This document shows positions 30,674 to 40,107 of a DNA stretch of 64,000 nucleotides, one piece after another (positions within the stretch are counted from its first letter, which is position 1; each line of letters begins with the position of its first letter). The notes below the pieces were generated by a model, which saw nothing but the letters and a program-made list of their open reading frames with translations, was not told the DNA's origin and ran no database searches. The position numbers were made by a program, and so were the translations under genes. The stretch comes from Bdellovibrionales bacterium (GTDB taxonomy: Bacteria > Pseudomonadota > Alphaproteobacteria > Micavibrionales > Micavibrionaceae), in assembly GCA_037969235.1 (NCBI GenBank), contig JBBKXA010000091.1, positions 3,627 to 67,626 of the forward strand, given 5' to 3'.

Positions 30674-31564
30674 ATGACTCAACACATGGGGTTAGCATTT
30701 CACCAAAAAGCGCAAAGACTAAAACAGTATTATGAAGATGCTTGTCAAGATGCGCCCGATTTAGAAGCTGCTTTTGCTAACCATGCTTCGCCGCAAATCA
30801 GCATTGAACAAGCCCAACCGCGCGCAATCTTAAGCGCAAACTTCAATCCCGCAGCATCCATCGTCCCATCCAAAGCCCTTGGCATCATGGAAATCTGGAA
30901 CAATCAAGTCGGCAAGCAACATGAACTGTCTCAGGCATCCGAAAACACCCTCGACACAGCCACAGATGAAGAAGCTACAGAAACACACAGCGCTTGGAGC
31001 GAAAGCGATTCGCTCGAATTCTCCCCGCCCAAAGCTGGAGAATTTAGCTATTCCAAATTACTCGCGCAAATCGAAGACCTTATCTCAAGCGCACCGATCA
31101 TCGCCGCGATAGCATTGCTGCGCATTGACACCGCCAAAATCCCCGATGATCTCTACTGCGATTACAGCGCAATAGCGGATGATCTCACCCACGCGCTTAG
31201 CGGCATGGACCAATCAATCGCCGATATCTTAATGTACGATCTCGCACGAGAACTGGGCGCATTTGACGATCAAATCGAATTACATGCCGATGCCCCCGAA
31301 ACAAATATGGGCATCGATGCGATGATGAAAATGATGTTCGCAGGGCAACAGACAGATGGCCCGCCGCCTAAAGACCCTATTGGACTTCCACCTAGCGCAG
31401 GTATTACAGGGATGATTGCTGCCGTTCAAGGCGTAGCCGAAAATATTCGCATACAAGAAGCGCAAACCAACCTTCCTGTTATGCACCTGCCTAGCATGAG
31501 CTTAGTGGACCCTCGGCAATTAAAGCCCAACCCGTATGATCTTAACGGCTATACAATCCATTAA
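30674..31564 (+). CDS. Hypothetical acidic soluble protein (no recognised family), inserted between ctaD and ctaB
   Basis: A 296-aa ORF with no TM segment or signal peptide and a D/E-rich composition. It is called coding from length and the lack of a competing ORF. Confidence 0.5.
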   Translation: MTQHMGLAFHQKAQRLKQYYEDACQDAPDLEAAFANHASPQISIEQAQPRAILSANFNPAASIVPSKALGIMEIWNNQVGKQHELSQASENTLDTATDEEATETHSAWSESDSLEFSPPKAGEFSYSKLLAQIEDLISSAPIIAAIALLRIDTAKIPDDLYCDYSAIADDLTHALSGMDQSIADILMYDLARELGAFDDQIELHADAPETNMGIDAMMKMMFAGQQTDGPPPKDPIGLPPSAGITGMIAAVQGVAENIRIQEAQTNLPVMHLPSMSLVDPRQLKPNPYDLNGYTIH

Positions 31565-31613
31565 ACCAAAAATTGTGCTGGATTTCGACAGTGGGTATGA
31601 TACATAAATCACT

Positions 31614-32519
31614 ATGAATGCGGCCATTTCCACAAAAAACAAACCTGAAATAGAACCTGACGCTAGTGATGGCAGAGTCTCAGATTACTATGCGCTTCTT
31701 AAGCCCAAGGTAATGAGCCTCGTTATTTTTACTGGTCTCGCGGGCATGTGGGTCGCCCCAGGCATGGCACAAACCCATCCGTTTTTGTTGATTGTTGCTA
31801 TGTTTTGCCTAGCGATCAATGCGGGCGCAGCAGGTGCCATTAATATGTGGTACGAACGCGATATTGACGCGATCATGAAACGCACACAAAACCGCCCCCT
31901 CCCCCTTAATAAAATGGCACACAGCGAGGCACTTGCTTTCGGAATTATCATGTCCGTTTTTTCCGTGATGATAATGGGCATGGCTTTAAACTGGGTTGCG
32001 GCTGGTTTGCTAGCGTTTGCCAATTTTTTCTATGTGTTCATCTACACCATCTGGCTCAAACGCCGCACCCCACAAAATATCGTAATCGGCGGCGCAGCAG
32101 GCGCATTCCCGCCGATGATCGGATGGGCGGCTGTTACGGGCGATATATCGCTCTACCCAATCATATTATTTGCCATCATTTTCATCTGGACACCGCCCCA
32201 TTTTTGGGCGCTATCCCTGTTCGCCAACGAAGATTATAAGCGCGCTAAAATCCCGATGATGACGGTTACAGCGGGCCCGCGCTCAACTAAGCGACAAATG
32301 ATGGTTTATACTCTCATTCTTGTGCCGCTCACACTAAGCCCCACATTTTTAGGATTTGCCAGCATACAATACGGCATAATCGCGGCCGCATTGGGATTAA
32401 TTTTCATCCTCTCAAACATACGTGTATTGCAAAATGAAGATTTAAAACACGCAAAACGCATGTTCGGCTATTCGGTATTTTATCTTTTCGCCCTGTTTCT
32501 TGCCGTGATGGCGGGATAA
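31614..32519 (+). CDS. ctaB: Protoheme IX farnesyltransferase (heme O synthase)
   Basis: It has the UbiA-superfamily motif 'NMWYERDIDAIMKRTQNRP' and 'WTPPHFWAL'. Confidence 0.95.
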   Translation: MNAAISTKNKPEIEPDASDGRVSDYYALLKPKVMSLVIFTGLAGMWVAPGMAQTHPFLLIVAMFCLAINAGAAGAINMWYERDIDAIMKRTQNRPLPLNKMAHSEALAFGIIMSVFSVMIMGMALNWVAAGLLAFANFFYVFIYTIWLKRRTPQNIVIGGAAGAFPPMIGWAAVTGDISLYPIILFAIIFIWTPPHFWALSLFANEDYKRAKIPMMTVTAGPRSTKRQMMVYTLILVPLTLSPTFLGFASIQYGIIAAALGLIFILSNIRVLQNEDLKHAKRMFGYSVFYLFALFLAVMAG

Positions 32520-32540
32520 ATTATATAAGGACAAAACCCT

Positions 32541-32669
32541 ATGAAACCATTCCACAAATCAGAACTACACAAACAAAAATTAAAGAAAAACATCGCCGTG
32601 GCCGGCATGATCCTCGGTTTCATTGCTCTGATTTGGGTCATCACCATGATCAAAATTTCTGGCGCTTGA
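32541..32669 (+). CDS. Small single-TM protein (42 aa) between ctaB and ctaG
   Basis: This ORF is absent from the track because it is under 60 aa. It reads 'MKPFHKSELHKQKLKKNIAVAGMILGFIALIWVITMIKISGA', with an AAGGA sequence about 10 nt upstream. A small TM ORF at this position is common in alphaproteobacterial cta clusters. Confidence 0.5.
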   Translation: MKPFHKSELHKQKLKKNIAVAGMILGFIALIWVITMIKISGA

Positions 32670-32724
32670 AGCCTTTTCAAATATTCTGTACAATGAATAG
32701 GTAACTTTCACAAAGGCTAGAGCC

Positions 32725-33009
32725 ATGAAATTTTTTCTATTAACAATGTTTGCCGCCACCATAACATTCTCAGCCACAACCAACGCAGAAAATTGCGGCG
32801 TACCCAAAGGCTTTGTCCTTGGCACCGAAACAGTTGGACATTGCGACATCTATCAACGTCAACTCGCCTACCGCGAAGAAAGCCTTGAGATGAAAAGAAT
32901 AATGGAAGAGCGCCAAGAAAATTTCGCAGAACCTCGCCGTGAAGCCATCAAACAATACGAAGCCGATTTAGAAGCGTTAAACGAAAAGCGTAGCTCAACA
33001 CAAGATTAA
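32725..33009 (+). CDS. Hypothetical small secreted protein (signal peptide, 2 Cys, charged helical C-terminus)
   Basis: The sequence 'MKFFLLTMFAATITFSATTNA|ENCGVPKG...HCDIY' is followed by a heptad-like E/K/R-rich segment. No family is recognised. Confidence 0.5.
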   Translation: MKFFLLTMFAATITFSATTNAENCGVPKGFVLGTETVGHCDIYQRQLAYREESLEMKRIMEERQENFAEPRREAIKQYEADLEALNEKRSSTQD

Positions 33010-33047
33010 GCCTTTCCTGAAGCGCATATTCGTTCTATGTAATAACT

Positions 33048-33656
33048 ATGAACGATCATAAACCCAATCAAACCCAAGATATCCACGCACAAATGGCGCG
33101 TAAAAATGCGCGCCTAGGCCTCACCATTCTCGCCGTTGTTATCGGTATGGGCATACTGGCTTATGCGTCTGTTCCGCTTTATAGCGTGTTTTGCCGCGTT
33201 ACGGGCTTTGGCGGAACAACTCAAGAATCCAGCACATTCCCCACAACAGTACTAGACAGAACCGTCACCATACAATTTAATGCCGATATCGGTAATAATT
33301 TTGCTTGGGAATTCACGCCTGAGCAGCGCAAAATCGAAGTCAAGCTCGGGCAAAAAGGCCTGACCGCCTTCCACGCTAAAAATCTCACAAACAAGCCATT
33401 AACAGGCACAGCGCTCTATAATGTTACCCCGCTCAAAGTCGGGAAATATTTTAATAAGGTGCAATGTTTCTGTTTTGACGAGCAAACCTTAAACGGTGGC
33501 CAAGAAGTATCCATGCCTGTTTTGTTTTATATCGACCCCAAAATGAACGATGATCCGAATATGAGGGATGTAAAAACCATCACTTTATCGTATACTTTTT
33601 ACAAAGCGCAATCCGATGCGCTTGAAGAAGGCTTAGAAGCCTTTTACAATCAATAA
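33048..33656 (+). CDS. ctaG: Cytochrome c oxidase assembly protein CtaG/Cox11 (CuB chaperone)
   Basis: An N-terminal TM anchor is followed by 'FCRVTGFGGT'. The copper-binding motif 'CFCFDEQ' is present. Confidence 0.93.
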   Translation: MNDHKPNQTQDIHAQMARKNARLGLTILAVVIGMGILAYASVPLYSVFCRVTGFGGTTQESSTFPTTVLDRTVTIQFNADIGNNFAWEFTPEQRKIEVKLGQKGLTAFHAKNLTNKPLTGTALYNVTPLKVGKYFNKVQCFCFDEQTLNGGQEVSMPVLFYIDPKMNDDPNMRDVKTITLSYTFYKAQSDALEEGLEAFYNQ

Positions 33657-33710
33657 AAACAATGTATAACATTTGCGAATTAACATCATAAACCAACAGG
33701 AATAAAACCC

Positions 33711-34604
33711 ATGGCCGGCAATATTGAATACACAACCACTGGCAAGCCTCACCCTTATCACCTCGTGCGCCCCAATATTTGGCCACTCATCAGCGCTTTT
33801 GCTGGAGGTTTTTTTGCCGTAACGATGTTGATGTATTTCCCCGGCTATCGCGAAGCTTTGGCTGCTGGTGGAACGGAGCTACCTTTTCCATGGATGCCAA
33901 TGCTGGGCGTAACAAGCATTTTGATTTGCATGTTTTTCTGGTGGAAAGACGTTATTTATGAATCTGTGGTCGAACGCGCGCACACAAAAATCGCTGAAGT
34001 TGGCTTGCGCTATGGTATGGCATTGTTCATTTCATCTGAAGTGATGTTTTTCTTTGCATTCTTCTGGGCTTTTTTCAGCGCCTCATTATTCCCAACAGAG
34101 GCCATTGGCTACGTTTGGCCTCCCGTTGATATCCACACCATACCCGCCTTTGGTCTGCCGTTTTTAATGACCATGATTTTATTGCTCTCTGGCTGTACTG
34201 TGACATGGGCTCATCACGCCATCTTAGAAGGCGACAATAAAAACGCCATTAAAGCTTTAGGCATGACCGTATGTTTAGGTGTATTATTCCTCGGTTTCCA
34301 AGTTTACGAATATGCCCACGCTCATTTCGGCTTTACCGAAGGCATATTCCCATCAACGTTCTTTATGGCCACTGGCTTTCACGGTTTCCATGTTCTTGTA
34401 GGAACGATCTTCCTGTTCGTATGTTACCGCCGCGCCAAAAAAGGCCACTTCACACCCGAACATCATTTCGGCTTTGAAGCCGCCGCATGGTATTGGCATT
34501 TCGTTGACGTTGTATGGCTCTTCCTCTTTGTATCTGTTTATTTCTGGGGCAGCGACATCGGCATGGATCATAGCGCCTTGCACTCTGCAATTGTTGCAGA
34601 ATAA
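33711..34604 (+). CDS. ctaE: Cytochrome c oxidase subunit III
   Basis: Motifs seen are 'GFHGFHVLVGT' and 'AAWYWHFVDVVWLFLF'. The protein has a 7-TM pattern. Confidence 0.95.
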   Translation: MAGNIEYTTTGKPHPYHLVRPNIWPLISAFAGGFFAVTMLMYFPGYREALAAGGTELPFPWMPMLGVTSILICMFFWWKDVIYESVVERAHTKIAEVGLRYGMALFISSEVMFFFAFFWAFFSASLFPTEAIGYVWPPVDIHTIPAFGLPFLMTMILLLSGCTVTWAHHAILEGDNKNAIKALGMTVCLGVLFLGFQVYEYAHAHFGFTEGIFPSTFFMATGFHGFHVLVGTIFLFVCYRRAKKGHFTPEHHFGFEAAAWYWHFVDVVWLFLFVSVYFWGSDIGMDHSALHSAIVAE

Positions 34605-34609
34605 ATGAG

Positions 34610-34975
34610 ATGAGTATTGCCCCTGATTTTAAAATGTTCAAACTGGGCTTGGCTTGTAAATGCCCGCAATGCCAAAAAGGCGATTTATATAAACCAGGCT
34701 TAACACTTAATCTGCGCGATCAATGCGCCGAATGCGGCCTAGACCTGAGTAAGAATGACAGCGCCGATGGCCCAGCAGTATTCATGATCTTCATCCTCGG
34801 CGCATTGCTTGTGCCCATTGCATTAATCACCGATTCACTTTTTCATTGGCCTTTAACGGTACATGCCATCGTCTGGAGCATCGTCACATTAAGTCTGACA
34901 ATCGGCATGCTCCGCCCGATCAAGGCCTATATCATTGCATTGCAATATAAGCACACACCAGAAAACTGGAAATAA
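34610..34975 (+). CDS. DUF983 domain-containing protein (zinc-ribbon plus 2 TM)
   Basis: It has 'CPQCQKGDLY...CAECGLDL' followed by two TM segments. Its place between ctaE and SURF1 is the conserved one. Confidence 0.8.
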   Translation: MSIAPDFKMFKLGLACKCPQCQKGDLYKPGLTLNLRDQCAECGLDLSKNDSADGPAVFMIFILGALLVPIALITDSLFHWPLTVHAIVWSIVTLSLTIGMLRPIKAYIIALQYKHTPENWK

Positions 34976-34988
34976 CCGCGAGTACATC

Positions 34989-35687
34989 ATGAGAAAACCA
35001 CCATTCTGGGCAACCGTTCTAACGATCATCGGTGTTTTAATTCTCTGCGGTTTAGGCACATGGCAAATCAAGCGCCTAAGCTGGAAACAAAACCTCCTCG
35101 CGCAAATCGAACAAGAACACGCCCGCGACGTCTCGCGCATAATCATTGAACCCAGCGATATCACCGCCGATATGAATATGCAGCGCGGCGTTATCTACGG
35201 CACATTTGACCATGATCACGAAATCGCCATAGCACCTCGCACCCATGAAGGCACGCCCGGCTATCACATTCTCACGCCGTTATTGCTTCAAGATGATAGC
35301 ATAATGATAGTTAACCGCGGTTGGGTACCTTTGGACAAGCGTGCAATTGATACTCGTCCCGAAAGTCGCGTCAGCGGCAAAACAAAAGTCACTGGTATTT
35401 TCCGCACACCACAAAAACCCAATATTTTTGTACCGCAAAACGCACCCAATCAAGGTCAATGGTATAGAATAGATATTAATGATATCCAAAACCATATCGG
35501 CAAAGATGAAATAAAACCTGTCATTTTGTATGCCGAAGCCACAGACAATCAAAATCTACTCCCGCTCAGCAGCGCAACAAAACCTCAGCTCAATAATAAC
35601 CATCTGCAATATGCTTTCTTCTGGTTTTCGTTGGCTGTGACGTTGATTATCATTTATATATTGCGCTTTGTACGCACAAAAAAATAG
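34989..35687 (+). CDS. SURF1 family cytochrome oxidase biogenesis protein
   Basis: It begins 'MRKPPFWATVLTIIGVLILCGLGTWQIKRLSWKQNL' and ends 'NNHLQYAFFWFSLA' plus a TM segment. The start is chosen at the internal Met; the track ORF starts at 34935 and overlaps DUF983. Confidence 0.88.
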   Translation: MRKPPFWATVLTIIGVLILCGLGTWQIKRLSWKQNLLAQIEQEHARDVSRIIIEPSDITADMNMQRGVIYGTFDHDHEIAIAPRTHEGTPGYHILTPLLLQDDSIMIVNRGWVPLDKRAIDTRPESRVSGKTKVTGIFRTPQKPNIFVPQNAPNQGQWYRIDINDIQNHIGKDEIKPVILYAEATDNQNLLPLSSATKPQLNNNHLQYAFFWFSLAVTLIIIYILRFVRTKK

Positions 35688-35712
35688 CCGCTCTCACGAG
35701 GCCGCTATTTTA
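35678..35712. terminator. Candidate bidirectional terminator between convergent SURF1 and the M23 peptidase gene
   Basis: The sequence 'aaaaaaa-tagccgc-tctcacgag-gccgcta-tttta' forms an imperfect stem (one mismatch) flanked by an A-run and a T-run. Confidence 0.4.
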
Positions 35713-35742
35713 AAACGCCATATATTTTGAATGATGGTAATT

Positions 35743-37323
35743 CTAACGGATCGTCGTATCGGCATCTTCTTTTTGTGCAGAAGCAAATTTCAAACCATTG
35801 CTAAGCGATACATACTGCTTGTTCAACTCCGCAATAACCGCCTTGAAACGTGACATCTGCTTTCCAGCCAACTGCTCACCCGTAGGCAATTTCATGCTAC
35901 GTGGATCAGTTTGCGTGCCATTCACAAGGACTTCATAATGCAAATGCGGACCCGTAGAGCGCCCCGTCGTGCCCACCGCGCCAATAACTTGTCCTTGACG
36001 CACGCGACTACCAACCTTAACTGAAGAATCAATTTTATGCATATGCGCATAAGCAGTCTTTAATTTTGAATTGTGGCGAATACGAACATAATTACCGTAT
36101 GAGCTAAAACGCCCTGAATATTCAACAACCCCATCACCAGCCGCATAAATCGGCGTTCCTGTAGATGCAGCAAAATCCATCCCCTTGTGCATCTTACTAT
36201 ACCCCAATACTGGGTGGCGTCTCATACCAAAGCCTGAAGAAATTCGCGCACCATCAATAGGCGTCTTCATCAAAGTTTTGCGAGTGCTCATCCCTTTTGG
36301 ATCAAAATAATCTACGCGCCCGTCGCTCATTTCAAAACGATAGATAGGATATTCACGCCCGCCTACATTTAAATTGGCATATAAAACATTACCATATTTA
36401 GCAAACTCACCATCTTCCGTTTCAAAAGCTTCATACAAAACTTCCAGCTTATCGCCAGAGCGAATATCGCGTTGAAAATCAATGTTCCATGAATAAATCT
36501 TGATCATATTCGCAATCACAGAAGACGGAATATTCGCCCGCGCCGCAGAACCATATAGAGATGTTTTAATTTCTGCCTTTCGGGCATAAGTGCGCGGAAA
36601 TAATTCTTTTTCGCTGATCTCGGCTTTGAATGTCGCATCATCAGCTGGCTCAACGCTGACTTCCTTAATCGCGTCTAATTTCATCGCTAATTTTGAAAAT
36701 TGCATGTCGCCATTTTCATCAGGCTTAAAGTGAAGATCAATTTTTTGACCCGACTTAACTTTACGCACATCATAATATTTACCCAGCGCTTCAACTGCAT
36801 TATAAGCATCAGGGCCGCTTAAACCCGCCTCTTGAAGCACGCCAGCCACCGTTTCACCAGACTGGATTTCAAGCTCTCTATAGCGTGAATGTTTCGGCTT
36901 TTGCATCGCAAACTGTGCATTCCGCATCCCTTCTGAAACACCCGATTGTAGGGATGGATCCAGATCCATATGCGATAAAATACCTGATTTATTTTCATTG
37001 AGTACAAGCGCCTCACCAGTAGACGGTGAAAGGGATGCAAAAACATTATCATGATTAAAAGAATTCACCGTCATATTCGGCATAAAAGCAAAGGCGCTAA
37101 TAACAAGCAAACTCGCACACGGGGCAATATAGCGTAAACGCACACGATTGCCTCGTGTAAAAAGATACCTTTTGCGCAGAGGCAGAAATCTATGCATCGA
37201 AAACCCTAATTTTAATGACGCTTTAAAAGGCATCCTAAAAAACTCCATAATGTTCATGGATTTAGACGTAGCAGTTTGCTGCGCGGCATCCATAAATTTT
37301 ATTTTCAATGACTGAGTTATCAT
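35743..37323 (-). CDS. M23 family metallopeptidase (LytM-type) with an N-terminal anchor and an OapA/LysM-like region; start uncertain
   Basis: The C-terminal catalytic motifs 'HKGMDFAASTGTPIYAAGDGVV' and 'TGPHLHYEV' are present. The TM segment is 'YIAPCASLLVISAFAF', and several in-frame Met codons precede it. Confidence 0.85.
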   Translation of the reverse strand: MITQSLKIKFMDAAQQTATSKSMNIMEFFRMPFKASLKLGFSMHRFLPLRKRYLFTRGNRVRLRYIAPCASLLVISAFAFMPNMTVNSFNHDNVFASLSPSTGEALVLNENKSGILSHMDLDPSLQSGVSEGMRNAQFAMQKPKHSRYRELEIQSGETVAGVLQEAGLSGPDAYNAVEALGKYYDVRKVKSGQKIDLHFKPDENGDMQFSKLAMKLDAIKEVSVEPADDATFKAEISEKELFPRTYARKAEIKTSLYGSAARANIPSSVIANMIKIYSWNIDFQRDIRSGDKLEVLYEAFETEDGEFAKYGNVLYANLNVGGREYPIYRFEMSDGRVDYFDPKGMSTRKTLMKTPIDGARISSGFGMRRHPVLGYSKMHKGMDFAASTGTPIYAAGDGVVEYSGRFSSYGNYVRIRHNSKLKTAYAHMHKIDSSVKVGSRVRQGQVIGAVGTTGRSTGPHLHYEVLVNGTQTDPRSMKLPTGEQLAGKQMSRFKAVIAELNKQYVSLSNGLKFASAQKEDADTTIR

Positions 37324-37502
37324 AGTATTAATACGAATCCAAGGATTTAGAGCTTTTTTTTGAAATTTAAACGGGATGAAAATAACAATTTAATTGTCCG
37401 CTTAGGCCGCAGAATACGCCCTTATATATAATATAAGTTAAAAAAGGTTATAAAATCAACAAATGCTTCAGATTTTTAAAAAAGGCGCGGCGGCGATATA
37501 CT

Positions 37503-38009
37503 CTATTTACACTCATCATTCATGCGCTCATAAGCCTTACTAGAACCACTTAGCCCATAAACATCCGTCGTCAAAGTCCCGCGTGAAGATGTGCCTTTAA
37601 CAACCATATTGGTTCCGCTTTTAATAGCCTCAGCTATAGCCCGATCCATTTTTGAATCTGGCGCCCATGCATTTTCATCTTGCGTGAATAATTTAAATGT
37701 CTGGTCATCAATTTCCATCAACGCGTCACTACCCGCTTTGTAAGAATATCCAGTAATATAGCTAAAAACATCACTCGTGTTTTCTGCGGGGCGATTGGTA
37801 ATGAGCGCAAAAGGCTGCCCACGCTTGGTATAATCGCCTTCTTCCTGTTTCGGCTGACTTGCTATATAACAAACCTTATTACCGCCCTCAAAGAACACGT
37901 AAACTTCCCAATCACCATAAGTCGCCATCAACCGTGGCTCACCTGCAAAGGAAACACTAGGCAAAGCCAAAAGAACCAACGCGAAAAGGGATAAGACAAT
38001 ATGTTTCAT
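37503..38009 (-). CDS. Invasion-associated locus B (IalB)-like secreted protein
   Basis: It has the signal peptide 'MKHIVLSLFALVLLALPSVSFA'. The mature 'TYGDWEVYVFFEGGNKVCYIASQP' and the roughly 150-aa mature size are typical of the alphaproteobacterial IalB family. Confidence 0.6.
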   Translation of the reverse strand: MKHIVLSLFALVLLALPSVSFAGEPRLMATYGDWEVYVFFEGGNKVCYIASQPKQEEGDYTKRGQPFALITNRPAENTSDVFSYITGYSYKAGSDALMEIDDQTFKLFTQDENAWAPDSKMDRAIAEAIKSGTNMVVKGTSSRGTLTTDVYGLSGSSKAYERMNDECK

Positions 38010-38119
38010 AATTTTTTACAGCTCGTAATATTTTTCAAGATGTGCCCACCATACTAAATCCAAACACAAAATGCATGCGAAAAGTTCAAAAGATTTTTTT
38101 TATAAATCAGTGTACATCT

Positions 38120-38668
38120 TTAAATTTTTTTAGTTCGTACCTTACGGCGAAGATTGCTTTCTGGCGGTGCTAATAATTCCGTTGGTCCACCCGCACGTAC
38201 AGGCCGCTCGGCAAAACGCCCCATCGACAGCAAGCGATCATACATCACCAAAGCCCCTGCAACTCCAACATTGACACAAAATTTCATTGGAATTTTAATG
38301 ACATGTTCGCATCGCGCAGTAATTTCAGGCGACAAACTGCCCATCTCTGGTCCCAAAATATAAGCCGCCCGCGTTGGATGACGAAAACTGGGCAACTCCA
38401 CCGCACCCTCCATAAGCTCCACCCCCACCAGCGTACATTTATCTGGTAAATCTAACGCCGCCGCGCTTTCATATTCGTAATATGGCATATGATCAAACGC
38501 ATCCGAAGTATCAGATATCTTCATCAAATCCACTTCAATATCAGGCGCAATCGTAAAGAAAAAATTCGCGCCAAACGAATGCGCCGAACGCGCAATCGTC
38601 CCGATATTCTGCGCCTTGCTAATACCTTCAACCCCAATCCCAAAATATCCACGCGGTGTATGAATCAC
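38120..38668 (-). CDS. SpoU/TrmH family RNA 2'-O-methyltransferase
   Basis: SPOUT motifs seen are 'NIGTIARSAHSFGA', 'ILGPEMGSLS' and 'IPM...NVGVAGALVMYD'. Confidence 0.75.
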   Translation of the reverse strand: MIHTPRGYFGIGVEGISKAQNIGTIARSAHSFGANFFFTIAPDIEVDLMKISDTSDAFDHMPYYEYESAAALDLPDKCTLVGVELMEGAVELPSFRHPTRAAYILGPEMGSLSPEITARCEHVIKIPMKFCVNVGVAGALVMYDRLLSMGRFAERPVRAGGPTELLAPPESNLRRKVRTKKI

Positions 38669-39909
38669 GACTTAAAAACTCTTTCCATACGATCCAGCGC
38701 TTGATTCAAGCGGTTTTCGGAAATCGCAAAACACATGCGGATATAACCTGCCGCCGTCTGCCCGAATGCGCAACCTGGTGAAAGCAATACGCCTGACTCA
38801 TCAATAAATCGTTTCGTCAAAGCCTTACAATCACTCTGGCCTACAACTTTGAAAAACCCGTAAAACGTGGCTTCTGGATACGCCATGCTGACATTGCCCA
38901 ACGCATCAAAACGTTTCACCAAAATATTGCGGTTTCTGCGCCACATATCAACCTGGCTTTTCAAAAACGGCTCTCCATCCTTAAGTGCGGCAATCGCGCC
39001 ATATTGCGTAAAAGTCGGCGGACATAGATTATTATACAGCGCCACATCACGAATTTTATCCTCCGCAAGCTTAGGCCCTACTATCCATCCCAAACGCCAG
39101 CCCGTCATCGCCCAGCTTTTGGAAAAGCTATTGACCACCAGCAGAAGATCATCCTCTTGCGCCACATCTAAAAAACTATCCGCACGTAAATGCGCGTGAG
39201 AGCATTCATAAACAATTCGGCCATATACCTCATCGGCAAGCACCCAAATTCCGCGCAAACGTGCAAAATCAAGAATCGCTTTCATCTCTTCGGCGCTCGC
39301 GCTCCAACCCGTAGGATTAGACGGCGTAACAATCAACATCACTTTTGTTTTCTCGTTACAAGCGGCAAACAATTTCTCCAAATCTAACGACCAGCCGCTT
39401 TCGTCGTTATAATCTAACGAAACTTGACGCGTGGTAGCTTGCGTCAATTCAATAGCCCCCAGCAGATTTTTCCAAATCGGCGTCACAGCCACCACCTCAT
39501 CACCTTTATCCACCAACGCTGCCAATGATAAATGCATTGCCGTAGATCCCGAAGCGGTTACAAAAAATCGACTGCTTGGAATATCCAGTTTGTAAATGCG
39601 TTGATAATATTCGGACAAAGCCTCGCGCAACGGCGTTTGCCCCAACGTTGGCCCATATCCAGTTCTCCCCTCACGCATGGCCTTTGTCACCGCGTCCAGA
39701 ATAAAATCAGGTGTCGGAGAATCTCCCTCACCTTGTCCCAACGTAATCATATCAAGCTTACCCGCCGCGTAATTCATCATTTCCACCCCGGGGTTTGATG
39801 TCAGCGCATGCAGGACAGGACGGAATTTCAAGCCACTTTGCGTGCCTTCTTCACCTGTTTCATTAACAGTTTGTTCGGTATTAATATTTTTCATCATTGA
39901 ATCTTTCAC
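38665..39909 (-). CDS. Pyridoxal phosphate-dependent aminotransferase, class I/II (aspartate aminotransferase-like)
   Basis: The PLP lysine region 'SFSKSWAMTGWRLGW' and 'PSNPTGW' are present. The true start may be an internal Met. Confidence 0.85.
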   Translation of the reverse strand: MKDSMMKNINTEQTVNETGEEGTQSGLKFRPVLHALTSNPGVEMMNYAAGKLDMITLGQGEGDSPTPDFILDAVTKAMREGRTGYGPTLGQTPLREALSEYYQRIYKLDIPSSRFFVTASGSTAMHLSLAALVDKGDEVVAVTPIWKNLLGAIELTQATTRQVSLDYNDESGWSLDLEKLFAACNEKTKVMLIVTPSNPTGWSASAEEMKAILDFARLRGIWVLADEVYGRIVYECSHAHLRADSFLDVAQEDDLLLVVNSFSKSWAMTGWRLGWIVGPKLAEDKIRDVALYNNLCPPTFTQYGAIAALKDGEPFLKSQVDMWRRNRNILVKRFDALGNVSMAYPEATFYGFFKVVGQSDCKALTKRFIDESGVLLSPGCAFGQTAAGYIRMCFAISENRLNQALDRMERVFKS

Positions 39910-40107
39910 ACATATAATAAAGCACGATTTTCATCGGTTTTGAAGTTTTGTTTTGAAGGGGAGTTAGTCGTGCGCACTCGCACTATGGGCAAGATATGAG
40001 CGGCTAAGCCGCCGCGTTTGCGGCCGCAACAAAATTTACATTCATCGTAAAGCGCGTATCCATATAGATATTAAAGACAGCTTTCATAATTTTTTGCAAC
40101 ATCTATT

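Noticed and set aside
39910-40107. An intergenic patch with a 9-bp direct repeat ('gttttgaag' x2), GC-rich mini-hairpins ('gcggc-taa-gccgc', 'ccgc-gttt-gcgg') and a possible 27-codon minus-strand ORF.
   Set aside because: The hairpins are short and are not followed by a U-run on the transcribed (minus) strand, so they are not a convincing terminator. I recognise no riboswitch or sRNA signature, and the mini-ORF has no RBS or conservation evidence. It may still be regulatory, but this is not supportable from sequence alone.
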